Source: Catajapyx aquilonaris
Lineage: Eukaryota
Direction of reading: 5' to 3'
NCBI GenBank assembly: GCA_000934665.2
Contig: JYFJ02002195.1
Coordinates: forward strand, 1-64,000
DNA: 64,000 bases
A program made the translations under genes and the position numbers. The notes under the pieces were generated by a model that did no database searches, had not been told where the DNA came from, and saw only the letters and a program-made list of their open reading frames with translations. Below are positions 50,901-64,000 of this stretch, in pieces (within the stretch, counting starts at the first letter, position 1; each line of letters starts with the position of its first letter).

Positions 50901-53900
50901 CAGGCACGTGTCACCGGAGATGCACGGCCCAGCACATTCTACCCAGGCAATTAGGAGCATTCGGACTCTGCACTTAGCGTAATGACGCATGCCAGGTGAG
51001 TTACGGCCTTTTCCGCCACATTTCCTGTAATTGGCCCGAAGGTACACCCCGGGGATGCTCATTTTCAATATTTTCGCGGAAAAAGTCTGCACAAAATTTC
51101 ATATCGGCCGACTTCGTTAGGAAAACTAAGTTTTTTTTCCCCGCTGCCTTTTCACCCCGGTGGTTTCTCGCCCTGGGGGACCTCCAGCGCACAATGCAAT
51201 AAAAGACGAAGAAAATTTTACTCCACACTGAAGCGGCCGACTTCCAAGGAATTCGCAATCTTTCCGCTCACTTGGTCCAATTTGCTGCCACCTCCCAGGA
51301 ATTTCAAATGCCCCTTTTCATACATCCTTGTCGAGTCGTTTAAAGCGCCATTCCTTTCTGGCCAGGGGCATATTTAGTTCCCATAAGAGGTTGCCGGCCT
51401 GTCTCCATATACAGCGGGACGTGTGAATCTTAACATTTGTACGACCTTGTAGTAGTAAAAGATACTGCCTTTTTAAAAACCAAGATAAAAAAGCCGGTGC
51501 GCGGAGGCTGAGAAAATGCCACTCCCAGAGGGGTCGTACACCCCAGACGTCCTTGTCGTCCCAAGAAAAAAATACTGGTAGTGGGAAGATAATGAATGTT
51601 CCTTCCCCTTTTCTCCAATTGCTCTCGCCGCAGCATGGACACCGCAATAATATAGGTCCCCGAAATTCCGCAGTACTTTTCCTTCCTAGATATTTATAAG
51701 GGTCCTAGGCAAATCCGGCTCCCTCTGTACTATATTCGGAATGGAGAAAAAGTGGGTGGCGACCATCTGGCTGTCAGAAACGTGGACAAATGGTCTCTCC
51801 GGATCGATTTCGGAGGTGCAGCCTTTTTGCGAAACCCAGTCTCCAGGAGTGACATTCATTCGGCGAAATTTGCAAAATGAAAATGTCCGGCTTAGTTTAA
51901 TTGGCTCCCGGAATTACCCGGACTGTCCTTTGTTATGTAGCAAAAACACACGGCTACCTCCACCAATCCCCCCTCTGAACTCCTTAAACTACAACGTATA
52001 TTATCGATCCTGGCCAAAGCGCCCACATAGAGCCACCCACACCGCCCCCTACCGCACAGATGCAGCTCCTCGACGGAAAAACCCTTCCAAAAGGAATTGC
52101 CAATTCCAATTTCAAGAAAAAACCCCGATATACTGTTGGGACCCCCACAAAAAAAACTCACCTCAGAATCATCTTCGGGCAATAGCCAGAACTGACAACA
52201 ATGCAGTGGGGTGTACGCAGGGCACCTGGGCTTTTACTGGCACGAGCCGATCAGGATGGGGTTGAAATTCCCCAAACGGCGCAAAATCAAGGGAGGTACG
52301 ACGCAGCATCCACGGCCTGGCATATACATTCAGGGGGTGGTCGGACCCTCCTCCGCCGAAAGGGGGGGTCATCCACCGGGTTCATGAGCCTCTCAACTGC
52401 GTCGCATCGCCAAATGACGACGTTGATGTTATCGCCCCACAGTTCATACCCATAGATACATATATAACCTGTCTTGACTCAAAACAACGTCATGCACAGC
52501 CGCCCATGCTCAGCTTCCACTCAACAAATAAGCGTGTGCCTAATAAAAGCCTGTGTGTGTGTGTTACTAATGTGTGTATAAGTCGGGAAAATGGCAGTGC
52601 CAGCAACAAATTAAAAGAAAAGCTCTTGTTTGCACGGATGTGGTGGAAACCTAAACAAAATGTGCAACGCAGCTTCATATAAGATAGTAAGGTGTGGCTG
52701 CTTGCTTTGCAGCAGCTTACCCAAGAAGTGCGGTTTCTTCCATGGACGTGGAGGTGGGCATGGTGTTCCTATAAAGAAACGTGCACGGGTCAGCTCCATG
52801 ACCCCATCTGGGTCCAGGGCATACCTCAATTAAACCAGACCTGTCTGCTAATTTTTCCATTGCCTCCCCAGAATTAACCGACTGGCATAACTTAAGCTCT
52901 CCTGTGGCTTTTGCCACTCCACGTACACAATCCCAGAATCTCAGCGAATCAGCAATGCTGATTATGGGCTTTTCTTCCAGGCCATCAAGCGTGACGGCAA
53001 GAGCTAGTTTCCGCTCCGTGGCAAGTTCTCAATCCCCACCGAAGTGTCCTGAGTAAGACAAACCGCACGTTATTTGCACCCACTGCAGGAAATGTGCAGT
53101 CTCACAGTGTCACTGACGATGAGTCACCAATCATCTGCTACCTGGAAACAGTTATCTTATCCTCATTTATTACTTCCCCTTTATCGGGGGACTAGGCTGA
53201 GTAAATGTCACTGGCAACTCCATCCACTTCCTTTCTGGCCTTGATCAAATATACCTCCCCGCTAGTATCTGGCAACTGATGTCTAATGTCAACATTACGC
53301 TCCAGCCTGGCTTGGCTCAACGACCCAACTTGAGATCCATCGGCCACATGTAAAACTGTATGCCAAATTCCTCCTGCTTTACAGCTCTGTGCTACAATAA
53401 CCTGCAGTACCAAATAGGCCAATAAAACAAACAGAGTACATAAAAAGCAGGAAAATCAACCTGCAGATATGTCACCCAGATAATAGGCTCCTTATTACAT
53501 GTCAGTCTCCTTCACGCCTCCACCATTTCAGAATGAAACCGCAGCAAGTGCCACCATTAGGAAACAAACTGCAAGCAGGTCTTAGAAAGCAGGCAAACAG
53601 GTAGGTTATGACCCAGGTCACACCGTAATTTCTTTTCGGTTGCAAATAACGAACAATCCACACAAACCCAGAGGCCGGGGAAATGTAGCGAAAATTTGCA
53701 GCCCTCCACTTTTTGTGCATGTTCAGGTTTGGGGATGTGCGAGACGCAAGCAAAATGAAAACAAGAGCACAGGGACCTTTGTTTCTTTTCCACCACCAGA
53801 AAGTTAGAGCATTCCCCTCCATCTTTTCCTCCGGATTTACCTGGGGCTCAAAAGCCCAGTCACGACTAAGGCTGTGTCCTCTGCATCTTCTGCGGGCAAA

Positions 53901-54067
53901 GACAATGCCGTGGAGCCGTCCCTTCCCTGGCTCCCGGCCATCTGAAACACCTTCTTAACCGTTTCCATCACGTTGCTGCCCAGCCGGCTCTCTGCCACGT
54001 TTGTGGTGGTGCTGCGGTACACGTCACCTCCGCCCGGGAGGGCCATGTACGACCCCGAGGAGGCCAT
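41955..54067 (-). CDS. NDRG: NDRG-family (MESK2-like) non-catalytic alpha/beta-hydrolase-fold protein; ~462 aa long form, ~380 aa from the ATG at 47846
   Basis: Exons 54067-53841, 47865-47663, 47304-47184, 45546-45405, 45337-45191, 44914-44645, 44509-44425, 42148-41955 (1389 nt, phase-consistent). Motifs TYHDLGLN, HINAPGQEEGA, GIGAGANILSRFA, EEQPGKVSEAFRLFLQG and the arthropod-type C-terminus ITENP. The first exon is less certain but splices in frame. Confidence 0.93.
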
Positions 54068-54509
54068 TTCTGGGGGGCCCTCGCCCTCTCACTCCCACTT
54101 TACCTATACAGGCAAGAGCCAACCCAGAGGCTACAGAAAATCTGTTGTTGTGGGGAAAGGGAAGGGGGCATCAACTTAAAAAAATATGTTGAGGGGTGTA
54201 AACAAGCAAATAAGCTCTGACCACGTCCTCACAGTCTTTCTCAATACCTATCTACTACTTGCTGAAACAAAGACAATGTTACGCTACCTTACCGCGGTGC
54301 AATACAGTGAAGTGATTACTGCGCTATGCAACTACAGCGCACAAATTTTCCTCACTCACAGGATTACCCTAAAACAACCAATTGGTTCAAGATTAATGAA
54401 TATTTCATGTCGCCCCCTCCCCCTACCTCCCTCCAATCCGCGCCCCCCTCCCCCCTCCCCCCTCCAATTCAATTCCTGTCGAACGAATCTTTGCGTCATT
54501 GATACTTAC

Positions 54510-54943
54510 TCCTTTTTCTTGTGCAAGCTGTGCAGCCGCCCTCTTTTCTCCTGCGAAATGTCGCCCCTGCTAGGCCTAGCTGATTCGGGGGAAGGTCAAG
54601 AGTGCGGGGGCAGGGCAGGGCAGGGAGGGAAACGCACGTGCGAGGCCTGCCTTCTTCTTCTTCTTCTTCCCTCCTCCTTGATGCTGCTTCTCCTGGGGGT
54701 GCGGGGCCTGGTCTTCCCGCCGGCTGGGGGCTTGGAAGGGTGCCTTTGGTGGGGGGGCGGAGTGAGGGCTGAATTGGGGGCAAGAAGCACACGGTATAAG
54801 CTGCAGTGACGATGGAACGCAACTTGTTCCGAACAATCTCTCCGATCGACTGAATGGTTCTGCGCGCGCCGACAGAGGGAAGCACCGTGCGGGGGAGGGG
54901 GCGGAGTGGGAGGGCCATGACGTCATAGAAGAGGTGACGTCAC
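54510..54943 (-). promoter_or_regulatory. Putative NDRG distal promoter and non-coding first exon
   Basis: Two CRE palindromes TGACGTCA (54918-54925, 54935-54942), a GC box ggggcggagt at ~54898, an Inr TCAGTC on - (54853-54848), and an ATG-free segment ending at the donor GA|gtaagt at 54510. Confidence 0.6.
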
Positions 54944-56900
54944 TGGCAATACGAACTGGCGGGAAAAGTGGAACAGGATTGTGCAGTAGTCGGGATGCAG
55001 CCTGTTTAATTATCGTGTGATGAAATGTACGCCATGTGATTGTGGAAAATAGGTGCAGGATATTTCAATAGTGTCTGGCAGTGTGGCGCAACCTCCAACT
55101 ATGCACGAAATGTCAGGGAACGTTCGGAAATTCGGCCAGTGTTCAATGTATTTGATATGTCCATCAGCATTTTTTTAAAAAAGTTTAAAAGTTAATTAAT
55201 TGTATTAGCCTACTATGAGCATGAGTACTAGGTAACAATATTTACTTTAAAAATTCTAATCAATGCATGGGTAAATGTTTTTTTTAACGATCAGTTCTTG
55301 AATAGACCTATCCATAAAATGATTGCACATGAGGGTTTAATTCAGTCAGATGGCAATGACAAAACGCGGAAAATCAATCCTGATAGGCCAGTACTTACCA
55401 GAAAGGATTCAGAGGATTTTCCATGTTCCTCTCTGACATTTCAGGAGCATTCCTAAGAATAGACAACGGCTTCTTCATGACTAATCATGAGTCATTTTCT
55501 GGACTTCCAAGTTCCAACCCCTCCCTCCCTGGCTAATCCATCCTCTTGCAGTGGTTGGGATAGTTGTTTGTGTGTTCAACCCAATATTAAAATGTAATAA
55601 TTTATTCGGAATGTCTACAATAATAAATAACAGGCAAGACCTTAAATAAGATAACCGAACATGACAAAAATTATTGAATCACAATAAAATTTGAAATGTG
55701 GTCATATTATTTTAAACAACCGAATGCAAATGCCTCTCTGAAAAACATTTGGCGTCCCATTAATTATTTCTCGTGTTCGTAATTGCTGAGTGCAAATCAT
55801 CTGTCTTCTTTTTAAAAAACTGTGTTGATGCATGTACCTTTCTTATCATACCTCGTCATACCTCATGGATGGGTCACTGTAAATTGTACAAGGTTGTAAC
55901 GGTGACGGAAAGTGGTTCGTGAGAATGAGAAATATAAACTCATCATCAGTATAGTAGGAGCAGCAGGTTATGTGAGAGTTTCTCACCATGAAACGGTGTA
56001 CGAGTAGTAGCCTCATCATCGCATCTTTGTCGAGTATAGGTCTATGTGATTCACGTGCTGAAAGTGGCAGCATTTGTAGCGAACTGTAAAGCATGCATAG
56101 TGATCAGTGCTGGAAAAAATCTGAAAAGGCTGAGGACATTCCTTCTGGAATTTAGTTATCCTTTGCGTCTTTCACCTCTCTCACCTTCTGTCTGATTACT
56201 TTGATATGGAACTAAAACTTAAGGTTAAGGTGGAAATATGGTCAGCGACTTTATATAACATCTTTAGATAAATATATTATACGGTAGTGTATAGTTTCGA
56301 TAAAGGCCTGCTTTGGGGGATTAGCCTATACATAACAGAATAAATCTTACACATAATGCCAACATGATATGATTTTTTATGATCAGTCTTATACACTTGG
56401 GTGAGCTTTATAAAAATGTAGCAACGTAGGTATTGGTACTACAATAGCTTTATACATGGTGATTCAAAATGCATGCCTACTTCTATGGATTTATGTTGGC
56501 ACTAAGCTGCTTAATTTAGCAGTAGGTTATCTTTGAATAAATACTTTAATGGTTATACAAATATTAGCAGAAAATATTAGCGGGTCAGGGGGTGAACAAA
56601 GTGGGTTCTTCATTGGCGTGAGATGTTGTTCAAATGGGCCATTCCTATAATCGGACATATTGAAACGTATGTTCGTGCGGCCTCATAGTAGCAGCTAATA
56701 CTTTTGATAACCAGTGCAAGTAACTGCAAAGTTAACTGTTATAAATAAGCAGATTAGTGTCAACAAACAGCCAGAGCATGTTCGGGCACGTGTCTGGGAT
56801 CACAATGTATAGGCTACATCACAAACGTAAAACTGTTTTTTTGCTGATCTGCATAAATAGTGTATTATTCGGTATTATTATATATAGCCTACTATGCACC

Positions 56901-59900
56901 TCAGGTTTCCGTATAGTCCTCATTATGGCTGCCTCCTGGCTCCCTCGAAACGCCACTATTCCTGTCATCCAGTTTGGAAAGGTTTATAGTGCTAAGGTGC
57001 GTGACAAAAATCCTTCTGGGAGCCGTGGATGAAGCGGATGACCCGTGTCCCAAAGTCCCAAAGCCACCGAATCCATCCTCCGCCCCATCCCCATGTCTGG
57101 CCAGAGAGTGCAAATCCTTCCATCGTAACCAGTGATGGTGCTCAAATGGATCGGGTGGTCCCCAAGATATGCTTGGCCTCACTGCATGCCCCATCCTCTG
57201 CAGACAACCGTAGTCCACCTGCAGGAATAGTTGTCGAACGCCTGTCAACACCACCACAAGAATCGCCAATATGAAGAGGGTCAGGAAGAGCCAGAGGACC
57301 CACTCTGGTCTGTGGGATAGGACTTCATCCCAGTTGAGAAATAAATGGACGAGGCGCCAGATGCTCAGGCCCTGAGAACACGAGGAATGTTATTAGGTCA
57401 TTTTATTCTACAGCAATTGGACGCAATAGGAGGAGTTCTTACTCACCAAAAGAACTGCTGGACACCACATAGACCAGACCCATCTCATGATCCAGGATAT
57501 TCCATGACCGGTCATAAATTCGATGTCCTTTTGTATGTTTCTGAATCCTGCAAGTGTTCAAATTGTGGGACATGCAGTACCGGTATTAACCTCGTATTTA
57601 AAAACAATTCTTGCACTTACCGTAAATCCACAAAACACCAATCAGTAGCAGAATAAGAGATGTAATGGAGGAAGCTACAGTTACTCTGTCTATGACGTAT
57701 ATAATCTGCAAGCCTCTCTGAAATTAAAACCATCACCATCATCATTATTATTATTAAAAGCGGTTTTGTAAACCACTTACAGTCCAAAAACAGGCTATGC
57801 CAAGGACGAATGCCAAGAAAACAAACATTCCTTGCAGAAATATTTTCTTCATCTTAGGATTCTCTTTACAGCCTAACTCTTCAACTATAGTCCGCAGAAT
57901 ACACCAGACAATTACACACTGACAAGGAGAAAACAGGTATATTAGTAATAGTCACTTCTCTAGTGCAAAATCTATATGGCATTGATCTGCTCACCATACT
58001 GATAAATCCGGAAATAAATATTGATAAAAACGCGATTGATGCCCAGACTGCGTCGGGACTTCCGGCTTCAGGTGCAGTGGAATCGTAAATTACTACAAAT
58101 TCACTCAACTCTTGGAAATGAAAGTAAGGAGATACAATATTTGCCCGTCCCAGCATTTGATATCCGACTATTGCAGAGAGCAAACCAAAAGCAAGATTGA
58201 CGAAGAAAATGATCAGTGTAGTTCTAAAAGTAAAAAAAAAGTAATTATTAAATATACCAAAAAAAGTCCCAAGTATTATATTTAAAAAATATTCTACCTA
58301 CCTAACTATGTTGTTTCGAAAAGAAAAGCGTCCAGCCAAAGTCAGATTAGTACCAAATCCAAACTGGTATGAAACAATTAGTTGCAACAAAGCAGACGAC
58401 CAAGTCTGTAATACAGGGTAATTTTGTTATCTTATTGGCTTAAGAATTTTTAGTACGCATCAGTAGTGTGTACAGTACAGTACCTTTGAATGATAAAGAA
58501 GGTCCCACTGCCACAAATTCTGAAACTTCATATTGCTAAAGCTAGGATCCAGAAAAGCAAAGTGGCCAAAAAGTGCCAACTGCAGAGCCAGCACTAATCC
58601 TAACGATACTAGAGCAGCACAACACAACGACCTTATTCCCTTGACTAGTCTGCAAAAAGAGGCACGTAATTATGACAACTTCCACGAGGCATTATTAAAA
58701 ATGTATACACTTACGCAAGACAAACGAAGAGCCAAGAGAGTATATGGCATATTATAAGCCGCCAGCTCAAACCGTAATTAGAGCTGGAGTTTTCAGCCAC
58801 AACACACCTGTAATATACATTGTACTGTAACATGTAAACGGCCCACTGGCAGTAACCACAGTATGATGCTTGGAAAGTTACAACTACTTACACGAAGCAC
58901 ATTTCACTACTGCTGTACTCCGCTGTTTCATTCAGCCCACAGGTATCGTACACTGCATCCTGGCATTTAGTCATGGGGTATGGTCCCCGTACGGCGTCCA
59001 CCAGGTACCTGAAGGCCATGGCCATGTAGGCAGGGTAGGAGACCAGCAGCAGGAATGAAGCCACCGTCTGAATCACTCCTACGCCTTTGAAGAGAGGCAG
59101 CACCGACCACATCTTGGAGGCGCAGCTCCTGGAGAACTGTCCCAGGGACAACTCCAGAAGCAGCAGGGGCAGCCCCACCAGGAAGGCCAGCACCAGGTAG
59201 GCAACCAGAAAGACTCCTCCGCCTTGGGAGAAGGCCACTGACGGCAGCCTGGCCACGTTGGCCACTCCTCCGGCCAGGCAGAAGAGCAGTGCTTTTGGCC
59301 ATATCCCGTGGAGTCCGTTTCTGATGGGGTGAGGTGACTGCAGGAGGGCTTTGATCCAAGGCTGTCGGTCGAAAGTTGACGACAACTGCAAGGTTTGGCT
59401 TACTTAAACAACGTTCCTGAATTCTGCCTAAGTTGTCTAATCGAATTTTCAAAGCATGGCTCTCTACTCCATAAATGTCAAAGCAATGATTGTGGGCGAA
59501 TGACGCAAGATTATGCCATCGCATCTTCTGAGAGAATAAGATATGGAGATAATTTGTCTCAAAGAAGCAAGCCTGATTACTACTGACGTCAGTGGGCGTG
59601 GATGCGTCAGTGTTTTCCACCAGTTGAAGAGTTGACGCCGTCGAGTAGCTGGTTGCAAATGGATCAGAGATGATTGATGGTGCTTTGGTTTCGTCAGGAG
59701 GCGCCAGGAATACTTCTCGATTGCCCTTCATCGTGTAGAGTCGATCCACATTTCTCGGATGAGGCAAAGGCGCTCGAGATTTCCGCCTAAATTTTGATCA
59801 AACGTGATAACAATTTGTACCAATCCAGCAGCAGCGAGCAAATAAATAAATAAATAAAACACGAGCCCTATTTTTAAAATGACATGTTTGCTTCCCTTAA

Positions 59901-60571
59901 AATATTAATTTGACAACCTTTGATTCCAAAATGTGGGCATGGGGACATCCTCGTGGTTATTCCTCAGGTCTTTCTTTTTCTCGATGGAGTCGAGTCGAAG
60001 AATTCCGTTGTCATCATTGCTCTCATTAGGTGTCAGCGAAATGTTTACAAAGTCGTCTGTGATGGTTGAGCGGAAGGAAATGCTGCGGACCACCTGACAA
60101 GTGCGTGAAGAATATAAGACTTAAAATTCAAATCCTGTCCAATCATATAGTACAGTGCTGGAAAAAAAACTGCCTTGTACACTCAATGAGGATTTAGGAG
60201 CAGGTGACTAATAAAATTTATTATCTTCTTCAGATCTTTGACCTCTTTCCGCGTCACAGTTATGGCTCCTTGTATAGATATGAAAGTTAAGCCCATGAAA
60301 AATGAGTAAAAAATCATACTGTCCTAATTATTCCAACTAATATCACTGAAAACAATGACAACAAGTATGACGTCATTTGTAACTCCGATTTTAAAAGATA
60401 CAATGACGTAATTTTTGTCGTACACTATACGGACATTTGTGCGTAGTACATGACACTTTTCCGCCAAAACAAATCACTGTTTATATAGCAACAATAGCGT
60501 GTCCGATATGATATACTTACCCCCAAGTCCTCGTTGAGGGTGGAAAAATCACCTCCTTTTTTCCACCTCAT
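56901..60571 (-). CDS. Divergent SLC6 (sodium:neurotransmitter symporter family) protein, bloated-tubules-like; 12 exons, ~772 aa
   Basis: Exons 60571-60521, 60093-59918, 59786-59588, 59385-58892, 58807-58715, 58649-58484, 58405-58302, 58223-57995, 57918-57781, 57717-57621, 57547-57447, 57371-56901 (2319 nt, phase-consistent). SLC6 motifs GGGVFLVAYL..GLPLLLLELSLGQF, PLFKGVG, KGIRS, WIYGFRNIQKDIEFM and WGPPDP. The three N-terminal exons rest on splice logic only. Confidence 0.88.
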
Positions 60572-63500
60572 CCTTTGCGCATCACACGCACACACTTAGA
60601 TCGACTCGTCAGAAAACGTGAACAAACACACGCAAGTTTGACAGATGTGCTCCCCAATCGAAGCCTCGACATGCTTTGCAACGACTTTTGATTACACCAC
60701 TATCACCCACGCAGATAATACCCATCTATTCCACAGTCTAGAGCAGTACATCACGCCGGCCCGTTCAAAAGGGAAAACACTAGTGTATTACTTTATGATG
60801 TATCAGCAGCACGTGCCGGTTAATATCCGCGACAATAACGCATAAAAAAAGCAACCTCTTCCGTTTCCGGGGAGTCATCATGCAGAAAAAAAGCCTCTAT
60901 CTCCAGTCGACCGAGGAATGTTAATGATGAGGGCACTAAACATATCTCATTAAAGGTTCTCTATATACATATGAGGGCCGGGAAATTACCCCTATATGGA
61001 TATGTGGTCGATAGGAGTCAGTGACATGTGAAAGGGAAGTCCGCTTGTCGTTTGACGTGCCTGTGGTGTAACGAACTTATGGACCAACCTCGGAACCAAA
61101 ACTCTTTCATATGTGTATAAGAAATTTAAAGATTTTTTTTTTCTAATTTTCTACCAAGTACAACTTCAAAATGTATACGTACACAGTCAACGGCTCACAA
61201 AACTGCAAATGCCGAACGATAATGCTGGCCCTGTCGGATAAAAAGCTGCAAATGAGACCATTCAATCAGCCGTAGCGTGACACATGCTTCCGTGCTATAT
61301 TCCCAATCAGTATACATTTGTTCCAGAAAAATATTCCAACCATACATGCACTCATGGCAAATAAATCATGGCTCACTCGCAGGTATTTTTTTTATTGTAA
61401 ACAGAATAAAATATTACTCTATAGTCACACATATTCCACCCATCTGGCCTCTTCGTTCTCTTTGTATAATTATGATTTTTCTTTTCTTTTCTTCAAAAGA
61501 AGTTTTGAGCAGATTTGGCTCCTATAGTCACAACCGAAACAATCGGTGCACATGTGTTTCTGAATAACTGAACGTTGGTATGCGGGCTAACACAGTCATG
61601 GTTGCGTGTGTGACGCTCTATGTGCACAATATGTTTTAACAACAAAAGGATTAAAGGAACTCAGTCTGGGTAAAATGACTCTGGCAAGTCACAACCATAA
61701 CACCAGTGCGATTGCACCGAAGAATAAATATCTGAAATATTAAGTCAACTGGGAAGAATACACGGTATTTTGGCCGCATTACACTCGTCGTCGATGAACA
61801 GGATTAGCACCTGCATTCACACAATCGTACACTGACCGTCACACTCGCTTGTCTGCTCAGCAGTAGCCAAAAATAATATGCGAAGAATGCTACTATATGT
61901 ATTTCATAAAATTAAAAATTAATACCAACAAATGTCCATTTTCCATGCACAACTCAGTGTTTACACATTATCTACAAATTATAGCATTGTACAGTACACA
62001 GAGTCATCAAATGAAGATATAATTTCATTGCTTACATAAATAAATTATATTATTGGCAAAAATAAAATTTGTCGGGAGTAGTCGAATATAAATTTGCTCT
62101 CATGACATATATAAGTACTGGCATATAACCCTGCAGGAAGCGCTTATAAAATGATAACAATGAATATTGTGTTAATTCAAGAGACTGTACATATTGCATC
62201 ATTCTGACCTGTTGGTTAACTCCTTTGTTTCCCATATCAAAGTTCCGCACAATGTTATTTTATTCATTATACGAGTTTCATAAATCAAGACCAGTGGTTG
62301 ATGTTTCTGGATCGTAGGAAAAATATTTCAAGTATATGATTTGCTCCATGTCACACTCCCTGCTCAGCACTCTTACATTGTATTTCTGTCAACATGGGCA
62401 TACCCAGCAATGACAACAAAGTAAACACCTCTTATTGAAATCTGAATAACTTAATACGTTCAGGTACTGTGTTAAAACAGTTATAGTATATACAGAACAA
62501 CACTCGACCATCCGACTACAGAGATAAAATAGTGATTAGATCAGGCATTCATTTCGTCTGGGAATAATAACGATAATTATTTTAAATTATGCAAATAACG
62601 TAGTAGTTAATATGTAGATGAAAACTTGAATGTGTTGAACTGGAAATTTGGGAAACGCATTAGGGGGAACAATTAGATGCAATTTTAGATAAAACTACTT
62701 CATTAACGCCTGTACCGGTAATTGGCTGGCAACGCGTGGTATTTTCTCATTTTGCTGGGCACCCATTCAAATGCAAAACCAACCTTTGTTCTCGTGCGTA
62801 TCAAGCACGGAGATTTGTGTTGAGCTTATATAAACTCTCTACGGGAGGATCTCGGTTATTGATAAAGGTTAATCCATACGTGGATATAATACGATTTACC
62901 TGAGTCTGCCACGTAATTACGACACACACGTTGAGCTATAAAGTTAGCTAGTCCACTTTTGTGATAACACTCCATTTTCTTCTAAACCTTTCCCATTTCT
63001 GCATAATTTTTAGGGTAGTAATGTATAATATCGTCTCCACAGTGAGTGTTCAGATCAAGTTTACAATCTACACTGCATATCACTCTGGCTTGATTCTGAG
63101 CTATATTATTATTACTCGTAACCATAAATGCATTCTGATCAGTATATCTCTCAACTTTGAAACGCCGCGCCGTCGTAACTCAAGGCAATTAAGGGAACTC
63201 TGGCGGTATCCAGGCTTTATGCGCGTATCGTAATGAACACGAAAAATTATTTCTTACAAATTGATTTTTGTGTATAAGACAACCAGCGTCCTGATTTTTT
63301 GAAATGTGGGGGGGACCTTCAGAAAATGAAGCTAATGTAAAATTCGCACGAGATGCTAATCAGCAAAGCCACCTGGCATTCTAAAGGCGGATATCTCCCA
63401 GTTATTTTTTTTTACCTAACAATTGCGTCAAAAATATGGCGACAACTACTGGCACAATCTCCTTCAAACTAATACTGCACACATTGTGGGCTCTCTTTTT

Positions 63501-64000
63501 TTTCGTCCACATACAAATAAACATTCATGTCTATCTCCAATAGACGACATTTTTGCACACTTGAAAGGCCTCACACAATCCTTTCTATCGCATTTACTCT
63601 CAGTTTTATCGAAACGGTGAGCCTAAAAAGGTCGAGTTATTCGTCACAAAAATGACAAAAATGTTGGTGTACGAACGTTATTTCGTTAAAACTGAGAATA
63701 GAATGGCCTGCAAAAAGCTACACAGTGTATCTGTTTCTCCCATTCCGACAGAGATCTATCTTTCCTGCTCTGGAAAAAAAACTCCTGCTGTCTCCCACTA
63801 CAAGCTCTCGGCTTCGAATGGTTCCTATATATTCGAAGGAGTAGCGATAAAAGTCCCATATTGTCTTTGCAACTGGAAGCGCAACAGTTACACCTTTTTA
63901 GGGGTCGACTCACAGCTTTTCTATGCAGCTGAGTGGACCCACATTATTCAAATCCGTAATTATAGCAACACAGACCATTATATATAGCACCTCCAGCAAA

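Noticed and set aside
54186..54926. 207-aa and 140-aa ORFs
   Set aside because: Low-complexity GC-rich promoter/UTR sequence with no domain signature.
41753..60170. Recurring AGTGCTGG(A/C)AAAAAA at ~41754, ~56106 and ~60154 as ends of a transposon family
   Set aside because: No matching inverted partner ends were identified; the motif is short and A-rich.
61800..64000. A further gene at the right end of the window
   Set aside because: The ORFs are short and AT-rich, with no recognisable motif or consistent splice chain.

Overview
Eukaryotic (intron-containing, most likely arthropod) genomic DNA; nothing prokaryotic or CRISPR-like is present. The left ~29.5 kb has no recognisable protein-coding exon. 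It alternates AT-rich spacers, MITEs and microsatellites with GC-rich, motif-dense islands and looks like a regulatory desert or a very large intron. The right ~34 kb is a compact cluster of five genes, hand-spliced at GT-AG junctions with consistent reading phase: KLHDC4 (+, 29981-33114), an intronless MATH-BTB/SPOP-like gene (-, 34848-35804), mitochondrial MCAT (+, 38565-40018), an NDRG/MESK2 gene (-, 41955-54067) and a divergent SLC6 transporter resembling bloated tubules (-, 56901-60571). Tc1/mariner relics, several foldback MITEs and an RTE 5'-UTR fragment are interspersed. The most intriguing candidates are (i) a miR-219 site with extensive 3' pairing and a central bulge in the distal NDRG 3' UTR, (ii) a pair of NDRG microexons (17 + 22 nt) that keep the frame only together, (iii) a same-orientation cluster of CTCF-like motifs at the desert/gene-cluster border, and (iv) a CpG-depleted domain over ~31-48.5 kb. 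Family assignments come from motif recognition by eye, not database searches.
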